Assembly (NCBI GenBank): GCA_964609155.1
Contig: CAZSRF010000002.1
Span: 352-64,351, forward strand
DNA from: an uncultured Gammaproteobacteria bacterium
Lineage (GTDB): Bacteria > Pseudomonadota > Gammaproteobacteria > JAGOUU01
Reading direction: 5' to 3'
DNA length: 64,000 nt
In this document: one piece after another, positions 39,145 to 48,319 of the stretch
Layout of the letters: every line of letters begins with the position of its first letter
How positions within the stretch are numbered: the first letter of the stretch is position 1
Notes under the pieces: model-generated
The model's input: the letters and a program-made list of their open reading frames with translations, nothing else
The model's database searches: none
Told to the model about the DNA's origin: nothing
Program-made: the position numbers and the translations under genes

Positions 39145-41055
39145 ATGAGTAATAAAAATAAAATAATACTAGGAGTTAGTTTAACTTTTTTAGTAGTAAA
39201 CTTTGCTAATGCCGCTGATAAAATTTCACTTAACACTAACAGCTTGATTACTAAAAATAATAATACTACTTTAATTAAACAATTGGGTAATTCTTATAAA
39301 TTCAAACAAATTAAAAAAGTTGAGCTACCCAATGGTAAATTTAGATATAAATTTACACAATACTATAATGATATTCCAATATGGGATAGTGGAGTTGTAA
39401 GTAATAAAGAAAATATTAGTGATGTAAATAGCAATGATGTTTTACATGGCAGCTTATTGATTAATCTGGAAAAAGATATCTCTTTAGGTAAAGCTGGTTT
39501 AACTGAAAGCCAAGCGCAAGAAATTGCGATTAAAGCAGCTGGCGTTAAAGATAGTTCTACTGTAAAACATATGAACAATGTACAGTATATCAAAAATTAT
39601 GCTGATATGGCAAAAACAGTGTATGTTATAGATTTTATTATAGAAGCAGATAATACTATTAAAAGTCGTCCATTTTTTATTATTGACGCCAATACAGGTG
39701 AGGTCTTGGAAAAATGGGAAGGTTTAAATACAGCTAATTATGGTAAGGGTACAGGGCCTGGGGGCAATGTCAAATCAGGTAAATATTATTACGGCAAAGA
39801 CTATGGTAATCTTGTAGTAGATGTTAATGGTACATCTTGTACAATGAGTAGCCCTAATGTTGATACTTATGACATGAAGCAAAAGACTACAGGAACAGGG
39901 ACTTTACATCAATTTACTTGTTATGAGAATGCTTATAAAGAAATAAATGGTGGATATAGTCCGATAAATGATGCTCACTATTTTGGAAATGTTGTGTATG
40001 ACATGTATAAAGAATGGTATAAAACGGCACCATTAACTTTTAAATTAAAAATGCGTGTTCATTATGGTAATAATTATGATAATGCCATGTGGGATGGTCA
40101 GCAAATGAGCTTTGGTGATGGTGGTGCTACTTTCTACCCATTAGTTTCACAGGATGTTGTGGGGCATGAGGTAAGCCATGGTTTTACTCAGCAAAACTCA
40201 AATCTTGTTTATGAGAAACAACCTGGTGGTATAAATGAAGCTTTTTCTGATATGGCTGGCGAAGCTTCTGAATACTACTTTAATAAAAATAAAACAGAGG
40301 AAGCTAAGGTAGATTGGTTAGTTGGTGAATCCATTATGAAGGGTGCTAAAGGTAAAGCGTTAAGATACTTTTCGGAACCAACCAAAGATGGCAGTTCTAT
40401 CAGCAATGCAAAAGATTATAGTGATAGCTTAGATGTACACCAAACGAGTGGTGTTTATAATAAAGCATTCTATACTCTATCTAATATGACAAACTGGGAT
40501 CTTAAGAAAGCGTTTGATGCTTTTGTCTTAGCTAATCAAGTATATTGGACACAAAATACTGGTTATGATCAAGGTGCATGTGGTGTTAAAAATGCTGCAG
40601 CTGATTTAGGTTATGCAGCAGCTGATGTTATTAGTGCATTTAAAGTTGTTGGTGTAAATGCAAGTTGTAGCAATGATCCAACAGATCCGACAGATCCGAC
40701 AGATCCAACCGATCCTACTCCAGCGCCTGAGGCTATTGAGTTACAAAAAGCAGTTCCTGTGTATAGCCTTTCTGGAAATGCTGGAAGTAAAAAACTTTAC
40801 TATATGGACGTAGCTGGATCTAGAATTGGTGTCTTAAGTTTGTGGAATTTTGGTGGTGTAGGGGCCCCTTCTATGCAGGTGGCTTTAAATCGTATGCCAA
40901 CCAATGCTGACTATGATTGTACCTCTAGTTCTGATTTGGAATTAGGTAATTATAGATCGTGCTTAATATTCACACCAAAAGCGGGTAGATATTTTATAAC
41001 TGTCAATGGTGACAATGCTTATCAAGATGTTACTTTATGGGGCAGTTATCAATAG
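39145..41055 (+). CDS. secreted M4 (thermolysin/vibriolysin-like) zinc metalloprotease with C-terminal PT-repeat linker and PPC-like domain
   Basis: Signal peptide. HEXXH motif VVGHEVSHGF and a downstream GINEAFSD glutamate. DPTDPTDPTDPTDPT linker followed by about 110 aa of C-terminal domain. Confidence 0.85.
   Translation: MSNKNKIILGVSLTFLVVNFANAADKISLNTNSLITKNNNTTLIKQLGNSYKFKQIKKVELPNGKFRYKFTQYYNDIPIWDSGVVSNKENISDVNSNDVLHGSLLINLEKDISLGKAGLTESQAQEIAIKAAGVKDSSTVKHMNNVQYIKNYADMAKTVYVIDFIIEADNTIKSRPFFIIDANTGEVLEKWEGLNTANYGKGTGPGGNVKSGKYYYGKDYGNLVVDVNGTSCTMSSPNVDTYDMKQKTTGTGTLHQFTCYENAYKEINGGYSPINDAHYFGNVVYDMYKEWYKTAPLTFKLKMRVHYGNNYDNAMWDGQQMSFGDGGATFYPLVSQDVVGHEVSHGFTQQNSNLVYEKQPGGINEAFSDMAGEASEYYFNKNKTEEAKVDWLVGESIMKGAKGKALRYFSEPTKDGSSISNAKDYSDSLDVHQTSGVYNKAFYTLSNMTNWDLKKAFDAFVLANQVYWTQNTGYDQGACGVKNAAADLGYAAADVISAFKVVGVNASCSNDPTDPTDPTDPTDPTPAPEAIELQKAVPVYSLSGNAGSKKLYYMDVAGSRIGVLSLWNFGGVGAPSMQVALNRMPTNADYDCTSSSDLELGNYRSCLIFTPKAGRYFITVNGDNAYQDVTLWGSYQ
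40675..40719 (+). repeat. 5 x 9-bp tandem repeat (GATCCRACA) encoding (DPT)5 linker
   Basis: Direct imperfect tandem copies seen in the sequence, inside the protease ORF. Confidence 0.8.
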
Positions 41056-41170
41056 ACTTACGCAGAATGATTCTAGCTTGTCATCTCGGTCAAGCACGAA
41101 GTGCATAGAACCATGATCTTTTTTGCAAGATACCGGCTCCTCGGCCGGTATGACAGGTTTTTATGTAGCT
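41056..41170. repeat. About 110-bp MITE/REP-like element, copy A, with GC-rich hairpin TACCGGCTCCTCGGCCGGTA
   Basis: Lies exactly between the protease stop (41053-41055) and the convergent sensor-kinase stop (41161-41163). It aligns with copies B and C. Confidence 0.6.
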
Positions 41171-44109
41171 GCTGTCATTTCTTCATTTTCACCATAGCAA
41201 ACAATAACAGCTTCTATATTCATATATAATTGTTGAAGATCTTCTATATAATCTTCAAAATCTTTTGATGATTTAATTTTTGATTCAAGATTAAAACAAG
41301 AATTTTTAAGATACGGTACGCCACAATAACAGCATGAACCGTGTAGTTTGTGGACATGATGGTAAAGGTTTTCATGATCTTTTGCTATATAGGCATTTTT
41401 AATTTCAGCCATAGTATTTGGTAAATCACATACTAGCATTTCTAGTAGCTCTTTAGCTAGATCAATATTGTAATTAGCGTGTTTTAATGAAAGTTCCCAG
41501 TTAATAGCATTAATAATTGGATTGAGTTTCGAATTAAAGTTAGCACTATCTTTATTTAACCATCTTTTCAAAATAATTATTAGTTCATTTTCATTTATAG
41601 GTTTAGATAAATAATCTTGTAGCCCTTGTCTAATAAGTTTTTCATGTTCACCTAAGATTGCATGAGCAGTAACAGCAATAATGGGAATGGCTTTTATATT
41701 ACGTGATCGGTAGTAGTTGTTAATCCTTCTGGCTGTTTCTATGCCATCAATATTGGGCATTTGTATATCCATTAAGATTAGATCAAATTTATTTTTTTTC
41801 ACAATCTCTATAGCATTGAGCCCGCTGCTTGCTGTTGTAACATTTATATTGAGTGATTTTAGTAGAGTTTCTATTAGTTTAAGATTTGCAAAGTTATCAT
41901 CTACTGCCAATACATTAGTTTTTTTAAACAACGCTTGGTGATCAATTTTATTCTCTTGGTGTTGCTGTATACCAAGATTTGGTGATGTTAATTTATCAAC
42001 AATGGATAATTTATCTGCATTTAAGGGTGGGTTTGAGGTTTTAATTAATTCATAATTAGTATTATTTTCTGTTTTTTTAATAGAATGATTTTCAAAACAT
42101 TGAATAATATTTTCATGTAATTTTTTATGTAATACTGGTTTTCCTATACAAAAGACTGTGCCGAAACTTTTTATATCTTCATGGATAAACTGATCGCTGG
42201 TGTTGACTAAAACAGCCAGCATGGGTGTCGAGTCAAGTTTTCTGGAATCTAATTCTGTAAGCAGGGATCTTACTTCATCACTGTAGTTGTGTAGGTTATT
42301 CATCCCATAAATAATTAAATCAATTTTTTCAATATGGTTAGGGATTGTCCTGATGTTTGGGATATCAATGGTATCAACTCCCCAATTTTTAAATAAATAC
42401 TTTATACTCAATCTTGTAATAGGATGCTGTTCGCAGATAACAATAGTCTTGTTGCAAATATCATCGGGTAATAGTAGTTTATTGCTTTCAAGATTTTCAC
42501 CAATTTTAGCTTTAAATGTAAACCAAAAAACAGATCCTTCACCACTGGCGGTGTCAAAACCTATTTTACCATCCATTTTATGTACTAATTTTTTCGAAAT
42601 AGCCAAGCCCAGGCCTGTCCCTCCAAATTTTCTAGCAGTTGTTGTGTCAGCTTGCGAGAAGGCTTTAAATAATTTATTTTTTTCATGATCATTTAAGCCG
42701 ATACCTGTGTCGGTTACGGTCACTTTTATTTTAACATTTTTATTTTGTTTAAATATCTGATTAGATAAATTTGGTCTATCTGGATCCAGCATAATTCTAA
42801 TAACCACCGAGCCTGTATCAGTAAATTTGATAGCATTATTAGCAAGATTGGTTATTATTTGTTTTAAACGTAAAGAATCCGTGATAATCATTCTAGGAAC
42901 ATCAGAATAGATGATAGGTACTAACTCAAGATTTTTATGGTGGGCAAATGGAGCTAAAATTGATATCGATTCCTCTAGGCAGTTTAGTAAATCAAACTGA
43001 CGTATGTCCAACTCTAATTTTCCAGCTTCTATTTTAGAAAAATCCAGAATATCGTTAATTATTTGTAATAAACTATGGGCAGATTGATTTATGATAGCAA
43101 CATAATCTAATTGCTGACTGGTTAAATGGGATTTTGTTAATAACTGAGTAAACCCTAGTATTCCATTCATGGGAGTCCTGATTTCATGACTCATATTAGC
43201 TAGAAATTCTGATTTAACTCTACTTGCAGCTAGAGCTTCTTTACGTGCTATATCTAATTCAGCGTTTTGAATCTCTATAGTCTCTAGTGTTTGTCTTAAC
43301 TCTCTCGTTGCTTCATCGACATTGTTTTGCATTTCATTGTGGGCAACCTTTAATGAATTTGCCATGCTATTTATTCCTGATTCAAGAATTTTTAATTCAC
43401 TGCTTGCTCCAGTGTAGACTCTTGTGGAAAACTCGCCATCTTTGATCTTTTCAACAGCTGTAGTTAATTTTAAAATAGGGTATGTTACATCACGCCCAAG
43501 CCTTTTGGCGAATAAACCGGATACTAAAAGCCCAAATAATAAGATACAACCACTTGTAAATAGTGTTTGATACTGCTTTATGATAGTTTTAGTTTTACTA
43601 AGCTCTATATTTACCCATCCTATAACTTTTTGATTAATGGATGATTGAGTTACATCTCTATTGGGTGAATTAAGGTTATCAGAAAAATCTTCTATGATAA
43701 CATCTCGTAACATTATAGGAGCAACAAAAATAAAAGACTTCTTGTTTTCATTGTTAATAATAGTCAATGGTGATTTATCACGATTAGCATTGTATTTAAT
43801 ATCTATTTTTGAGCCTATATGACTAAGTTCTCTGCCTGTTTTATCGTAAATGCTTATAGCAGAAACTTCCGGATCTTCAGCTGCATTTTCTAAAATCTTG
43901 CGTAATATTTTTTTGTTATTGGCGAATACGGCATATTCACTACTGGAGGTTAATTGAATAGTTAAAGCAGTACCATGATCTTTTAAAGCTTGTTCTAGAT
44001 CAGTTAATCTTGTACTAGTAAAGTACACTCCGAGTAAGGCGGCTATAATCATTGTGGGTAATAAAGCAACAATGAGCACTCTATTTTTTATGCCCCATTC
44101 TTCTAACAT
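41161..44109 (-). CDS. tripartite hybrid sensor histidine kinase, BarA/GacS/LetS-like (TM-periplasmic-TM-HAMP-HisKA-HATPase-REC-HPt)
   Basis: HisKA H-box MSHEIRTPMNGILG. HATPase G-boxes (DTGIGL, GGTGLGLAISKKLV). Receiver VLAVDDN...LILMDIQMP. C-terminal HPt HKLHGSCCYCG. About 160 extra aa between the HATPase and REC domains. Confidence 0.8.
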   Translation of the reverse strand: MLEEWGIKNRVLIVALLPTMIIAALLGVYFTSTRLTDLEQALKDHGTALTIQLTSSSEYAVFANNKKILRKILENAAEDPEVSAISIYDKTGRELSHIGSKIDIKYNANRDKSPLTIINNENKKSFIFVAPIMLRDVIIEDFSDNLNSPNRDVTQSSINQKVIGWVNIELSKTKTIIKQYQTLFTSGCILLFGLLVSGLFAKRLGRDVTYPILKLTTAVEKIKDGEFSTRVYTGASSELKILESGINSMANSLKVAHNEMQNNVDEATRELRQTLETIEIQNAELDIARKEALAASRVKSEFLANMSHEIRTPMNGILGFTQLLTKSHLTSQQLDYVAIINQSAHSLLQIINDILDFSKIEAGKLELDIRQFDLLNCLEESISILAPFAHHKNLELVPIIYSDVPRMIITDSLRLKQIITNLANNAIKFTDTGSVVIRIMLDPDRPNLSNQIFKQNKNVKIKVTVTDTGIGLNDHEKNKLFKAFSQADTTTARKFGGTGLGLAISKKLVHKMDGKIGFDTASGEGSVFWFTFKAKIGENLESNKLLLPDDICNKTIVICEQHPITRLSIKYLFKNWGVDTIDIPNIRTIPNHIEKIDLIIYGMNNLHNYSDEVRSLLTELDSRKLDSTPMLAVLVNTSDQFIHEDIKSFGTVFCIGKPVLHKKLHENIIQCFENHSIKKTENNTNYELIKTSNPPLNADKLSIVDKLTSPNLGIQQHQENKIDHQALFKKTNVLAVDDNFANLKLIETLLKSLNINVTTASSGLNAIEIVKKNKFDLILMDIQMPNIDGIETARRINNYYRSRNIKAIPIIAVTAHAILGEHEKLIRQGLQDYLSKPINENELIIILKRWLNKDSANFNSKLNPIINAINWELSLKHANYNIDLAKELLEMLVCDLPNTMAEIKNAYIAKDHENLYHHVHKLHGSCCYCGVPYLKNSCFNLESKIKSSKDFEDYIEDLQQLYMNIEAVIVCYGENEEMTAAT

Positions 44110-44134
44110 ATGTAGTCCTTATATTTATGCCTGC

Positions 44135-45088
44135 CTATGGCCGATGGGGATCTCTTCTCAAGGCGGCTAGATTTTTTTTATACTGAGCAGATAATTTTTG
44201 TAAAATTTCTTGATTTTGTGCTATAGCGTACTGAGTAGGATAGCTTGGTGGAGGTAAAATATTTTTTGAGAAATAAGTATTTGTTATAAAGGCTGCCTGT
44301 TCTGCAATCTGAGCTGATTTGCTATAAATTGCAGCTACAGCTCCTGCATCAACATACGTTTTAGAATACCCTATAATAGGAATGCCTCTTCTAAAGCTTG
44401 TGACCAAAATACCCTTTGAAGTATATGGATTGTAAATTTCTGGATCAGGCAATGCTAACAACACATCACAGTTAGATAGTACATGGCGTAATGAGTCAAT
44501 CAGGTTCTCTCTTTTTTTATTTTCTGTAATAATAAGATTTAATTTAGTTTTAGCTATACTTTGTTTTAATTCATCAATACTGGAGGAATCATACATTGAT
44601 GTTAAGACACCTATAGTTTTAACATTGGGTAATAAAGTTTCAATTAGTTTTAACTGCCTATCTACCGGCTGTTCTCTGTATATAGCAGTAATTTTACGTA
44701 AAGTATCTTTATTATTTTTTATATTATTTGATATATTGTTGTACATCCTGTGAGGTATAAGAACAGCTAATTGAGGAGCAGCATTTGACGTATTAGATAA
44801 ATAATCGTTAGTTCTTAATGTTGCTTCTCTGCCTATGGTAATAATTAAATCAATGCTATCATCAATTTTTGCTATAGATTCTTCTTTTTTTAAATAATTT
44901 ATATTTATATTGTATTTTTTTTCAGAGAGGTTTTTAATCAAAGAATCAACAATTTTAGTATAATTTGGTCCTGAGATGATCAGTATTTCTGGTTTTTCTT
45001 TGTAGTCTTTGTAGTTAAAGTTAGCAGATATATCAAGAGATAGAAGAAGAAAAAATAATAAGCTTATTATGCGAAGGTAAATTTTCAT
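44135..45088 (-). CDS. ABC-type uncharacterised transport system, periplasmic substrate-binding component (COG2984-like)
   Basis: Signal peptide and a periplasmic-binding-protein fold pattern. Weak family assignment. Confidence 0.5.
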   Translation of the reverse strand: MKIYLRIISLLFFLLLSLDISANFNYKDYKEKPEILIISGPNYTKIVDSLIKNLSEKKYNININYLKKEESIAKIDDSIDLIITIGREATLRTNDYLSNTSNAAPQLAVLIPHRMYNNISNNIKNNKDTLRKITAIYREQPVDRQLKLIETLLPNVKTIGVLTSMYDSSSIDELKQSIAKTKLNLIITENKKRENLIDSLRHVLSNCDVLLALPDPEIYNPYTSKGILVTSFRRGIPIIGYSKTYVDAGAVAAIYSKSAQIAEQAAFITNTYFSKNILPPPSYPTQYAIAQNQEILQKLSAQYKKNLAALRRDPHRP

Positions 45089-45371
45089 TTATATATCTTT
45101 AGTTTCAAAAATATAATCTAGTATAATCTTGCCAATTTTAACTGTAATTAAATCAAAAGGGTAGAGAATACTGAAGCTCTCTGAAATTCTTTATTATGGG
45201 AATTATTGGGGATTCATATGGCGTTCAGCTAACATATGTAAAATATAACTGAGGAATTATGCCAGTGTGATTAGTACTATTAAAAGTCGGCAAAAAATGT
45301 TGTGACATTGATACAAAGTATGTTATGTTAATTATTGAATTGTTATTAAGTTGTTAACAAAAGGGGGCAAA

Positions 45372-47408
45372 ATGGCCAATTTATTTAGCCGTATGGCTAA
45401 TTCCATTCAAGAGAGTTGGGATAATTTCACTTTAGGTTCAGATAGGGCAAAAGTTGCAGCAATTAATAGAGCTATTGCTTATGTAAAGTCAGAGGGTAAA
45501 ACCAGTCTAGGTTCAAGCAAGGTTGAGCAAATAGTTAAATTTCTAGTATCTAGACGTAGGGTAGAGGCTGCTAATAAACTAGTTGATGCCTATGAAACCC
45601 GAAGAACTGTCGTTGTAAGAGGAATGCAAGATTACCCATACGATATAAATGTTTTTTTAGATATGCTATGCAGTGTAGTCGCTCCAGAAGTTTACAAAAT
45701 CCCAGTTCCACAAGAAGGGGTTAAAGCTGAAGAGTTATATAAAGATCTTGGTATCGTTGGACAAGTAGCCATCATGAGAGAGTTTAAAAATCTCTTAAAC
45801 CAAGCTGTTATTGAAATGACAGATGGCAAAAGACGTTTAACATCTACTCAATTAGATTTACCTCAGGGATTACATCTAAGTCCAGATAGCGAAGACTTTT
45901 CTAAGCTCTTAAACGCAAAAGCGGATGCAGCTCGAACTGAAGGTAGTAGTTTTTTTAGCTTGTATGAATCAAGTGTTAATTGGTCATCTAAAAAAGAAGA
46001 TATAAAGAAAAATTCTCGTGTACGTACAGTTAAAAACGTTTTGTTTTACACTTTGATGGTTATTTGTACACTTATAGGTATTGGTGAGGGATCTGCACCA
46101 GCGTCTTTTTACTTAACAAAAATGGGGCTTGCTGGTTTAACTGGTCCTTTTGCAATGACAATAGCAGCTGTAGTCTTTGTTGCTGCTGCATCAGTAAATA
46201 CGTTATTGTTCCATGGTGACAGCTATTCGACCTTTAAGGATTTATTTATTAAAAATAGATTTTTGTTTGGTTCTAATGGTAAAAGATTGCCTTGGTATTT
46301 GATTTTACGTAACTGCACTGCATTAGTATTAGCTTTTTTCTCCGGGTTAACAATTGCTGGGTTGTCTTTTTACTTCTCTCTTTTCCCTGCGGTGGCTTTA
46401 TATATTTCAGCGATGACATTAATAGGCTATACAGGTGTCTTAACTTATGGAGTGATGCAAATTCTAGATGTAAGCTCTGTATTTAAATTTGGAAACTATT
46501 TGCATGGTTTATTAGTAAAACCTATGCAAACAACTGGTAAAGATGCTAATGGCGCAACTAAAGCAAAAGCTATAGGATTAACTATTGTTAATGCCTTTGC
46601 TGTAACTGCAATGTTTACGCTTTCTGCAACAGTTGTAGTAGCTACATTTTTAATGTTTAATAGTGCGCTATTGGGAATACCTTTTTTTGCTGCTAACTTT
46701 GGTACAGCTGGTGTTCTTGCCATAGTTGCAGTTGCGGAAGTGGCTTTAGGAACTTTCTTCTCTAGGAATGTTTTTAGATGCCTTGAAGCTATTCGTGGCA
46801 TGGTAACGGATATTTTTGGTTTAAACACAAAAATAACCACAAGTGAACAAGCTGCTGTTATTTTAAAAGCCCAGGAGGATATAGCTAAAAATGATCATCC
46901 TGTGCGTAACGGCTTAGTGTTAACAAGTAAAATCCTATTAGCTGTTTTTGTTGGATTTGCATTGATTAATGCTAGTGGTTTTGCTCTAGGTTACATAGCA
47001 TTGGGTATGACAACGGGAGCTGCAATATTTCCAAAAAGCTTTGCTGATCTAGTAAATAGGGCTTTAGTATTTGCGAAAACATCTTTTGAAAGCGTTGTTG
47101 GTTATCTCTTCGGTACTGCTTATGTTGGTGCTTCTACAGGCGGTAACGTTGGCGCTGCAGCAAAAGCTGTTGCAGTGCCTGAGGCTTTGTTAGTCTATCC
47201 GGTGCGTTCTTTAGAAACAACAAAAGTCTTTAGGGATCCAAAAGTAGTTGAGTTTGATCATGTCAAAAAGGGTGTAAGGGTCCTTAGGCAGGCTGATGGT
47301 ACAAAGTGCTTTATAGCAAAAGACCCAGCTCCTACAGATGATAATGCCTTTGTAGAGAGTTTATTTGACGGGCAACCAGGTGCCTCTAGTGCTACACTAG
47401 TGCCATAG
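45372..47408 (+). CDS. hypothetical large polytopic membrane protein (about 230-aa soluble N-domain + Gly/Ala-rich multi-TM region)
   Basis: Preferred start is MANLF at 45372, preceded by the SD-like AAGGGGG. The ORF track starts at 45351. At least 10 predicted TM helices. No recognised family. Confidence 0.5.
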   Translation: MANLFSRMANSIQESWDNFTLGSDRAKVAAINRAIAYVKSEGKTSLGSSKVEQIVKFLVSRRRVEAANKLVDAYETRRTVVVRGMQDYPYDINVFLDMLCSVVAPEVYKIPVPQEGVKAEELYKDLGIVGQVAIMREFKNLLNQAVIEMTDGKRRLTSTQLDLPQGLHLSPDSEDFSKLLNAKADAARTEGSSFFSLYESSVNWSSKKEDIKKNSRVRTVKNVLFYTLMVICTLIGIGEGSAPASFYLTKMGLAGLTGPFAMTIAAVVFVAAASVNTLLFHGDSYSTFKDLFIKNRFLFGSNGKRLPWYLILRNCTALVLAFFSGLTIAGLSFYFSLFPAVALYISAMTLIGYTGVLTYGVMQILDVSSVFKFGNYLHGLLVKPMQTTGKDANGATKAKAIGLTIVNAFAVTAMFTLSATVVVATFLMFNSALLGIPFFAANFGTAGVLAIVAVAEVALGTFFSRNVFRCLEAIRGMVTDIFGLNTKITTSEQAAVILKAQEDIAKNDHPVRNGLVLTSKILLAVFVGFALINASGFALGYIALGMTTGAAIFPKSFADLVNRALVFAKTSFESVVGYLFGTAYVGASTGGNVGAAAKAVAVPEALLVYPVRSLETTKVFRDPKVVEFDHVKKGVRVLRQADGTKCFIAKDPAPTDDNAFVESLFDGQPGASSATLVP

Positions 47409-47437
47409 TGCTTTAGTAGACCTAAATCTTAGATTTG

Positions 47438-47465
47438 TACAAGGGCGAATTTATTCGCCCTTGTA
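47438..47465 (+). terminator. stem-loop (12-bp stem TACAAGGGCGAA/TTCGCCCTTGTA) downstream of the membrane-protein gene
   Basis: Perfect inverted repeat 30 bp after the stop. There is no strong T-tract. Confidence 0.4.
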
Positions 47466-47587
47466 TGGGGATTAAATAATCTTTAATTAACTTTCGACTC
47501 TGTATATAATAACACTAAATTCAAATTTAAATGTAAGTCTCACATATTAACATTTCACTCAAGACTTTTAATCGCAATAAGAATATT

Positions 47588-48289
47588 ATGCTAGCACTAT
47601 CTTCAGTGATGCTTAGCCTTATTTATTTTTATAATACATTGTCACTTTATAATAAAAATCTAACCTTATTGAAACCTGCTAGTATTATAGTATTAGCTAT
47701 CTTAACTTGCAGATGGATTTGGAAGCGTGGTTATTTATCTGATAGAAAGCACAAAATTTTTTATATTTTTTTAGTGCTTGGCTTATTGTTTCATAGCATA
47801 GGTGATACTATTATCGAATATACTAATTATATTCTTTATCCTATCCCATTTTTTCTTTTTGGACATCTATTATATAGCATTGTAATTAGTAAGGATCTAA
47901 TGGTATTTAATAACCATAAAGTCCCTGCATGGAAGTATATTGTCATTGTATTTTTGTTGCTTAAGGCAGTTGCATTTGGCTATTTTTTCTTAAGTAATGT
48001 TTCCGGGCCGCTTTATGTGGGTATTCTGATCTATATCATAGTATTAAATATCCTTGCCATAGTTAGTTTGTTGCACCCGGCAGGGTTAAAATTTTTATTT
48101 ATAGGTGTTATGTTGTATGTAATATCTGATATTATAATTGCTTATGATACTTTAATAACAAAAATTGCTTTAAAAACATATTTATCTTGGCCTCTATATT
48201 ACATAGCTCAATTGTTGATAGTTTACAGCCTGTTAAACTATCACAAATCGTTACAGCCTCATCAACCACTTCAGGCTAATTTGTTATAA
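47588..48289 (+). CDS. YhhN-family (lysoplasmalogenase/TMEM86-like) integral membrane protein
   Basis: 233 aa and about 7 TM helices. Family assignment rests on size, topology and weak motif resemblance. Confidence 0.45.
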   Translation: MLALSSVMLSLIYFYNTLSLYNKNLTLLKPASIIVLAILTCRWIWKRGYLSDRKHKIFYIFLVLGLLFHSIGDTIIEYTNYILYPIPFFLFGHLLYSIVISKDLMVFNNHKVPAWKYIVIVFLLLKAVAFGYFFLSNVSGPLYVGILIYIIVLNILAIVSLLHPAGLKFLFIGVMLYVISDIIIAYDTLITKIALKTYLSWPLYYIAQLLIVYSLLNYHKSLQPHQPLQANLL

Positions 48290-48319
48290 TAAATCAGCAA
48301 ATCGTTATTAGATATCGCA

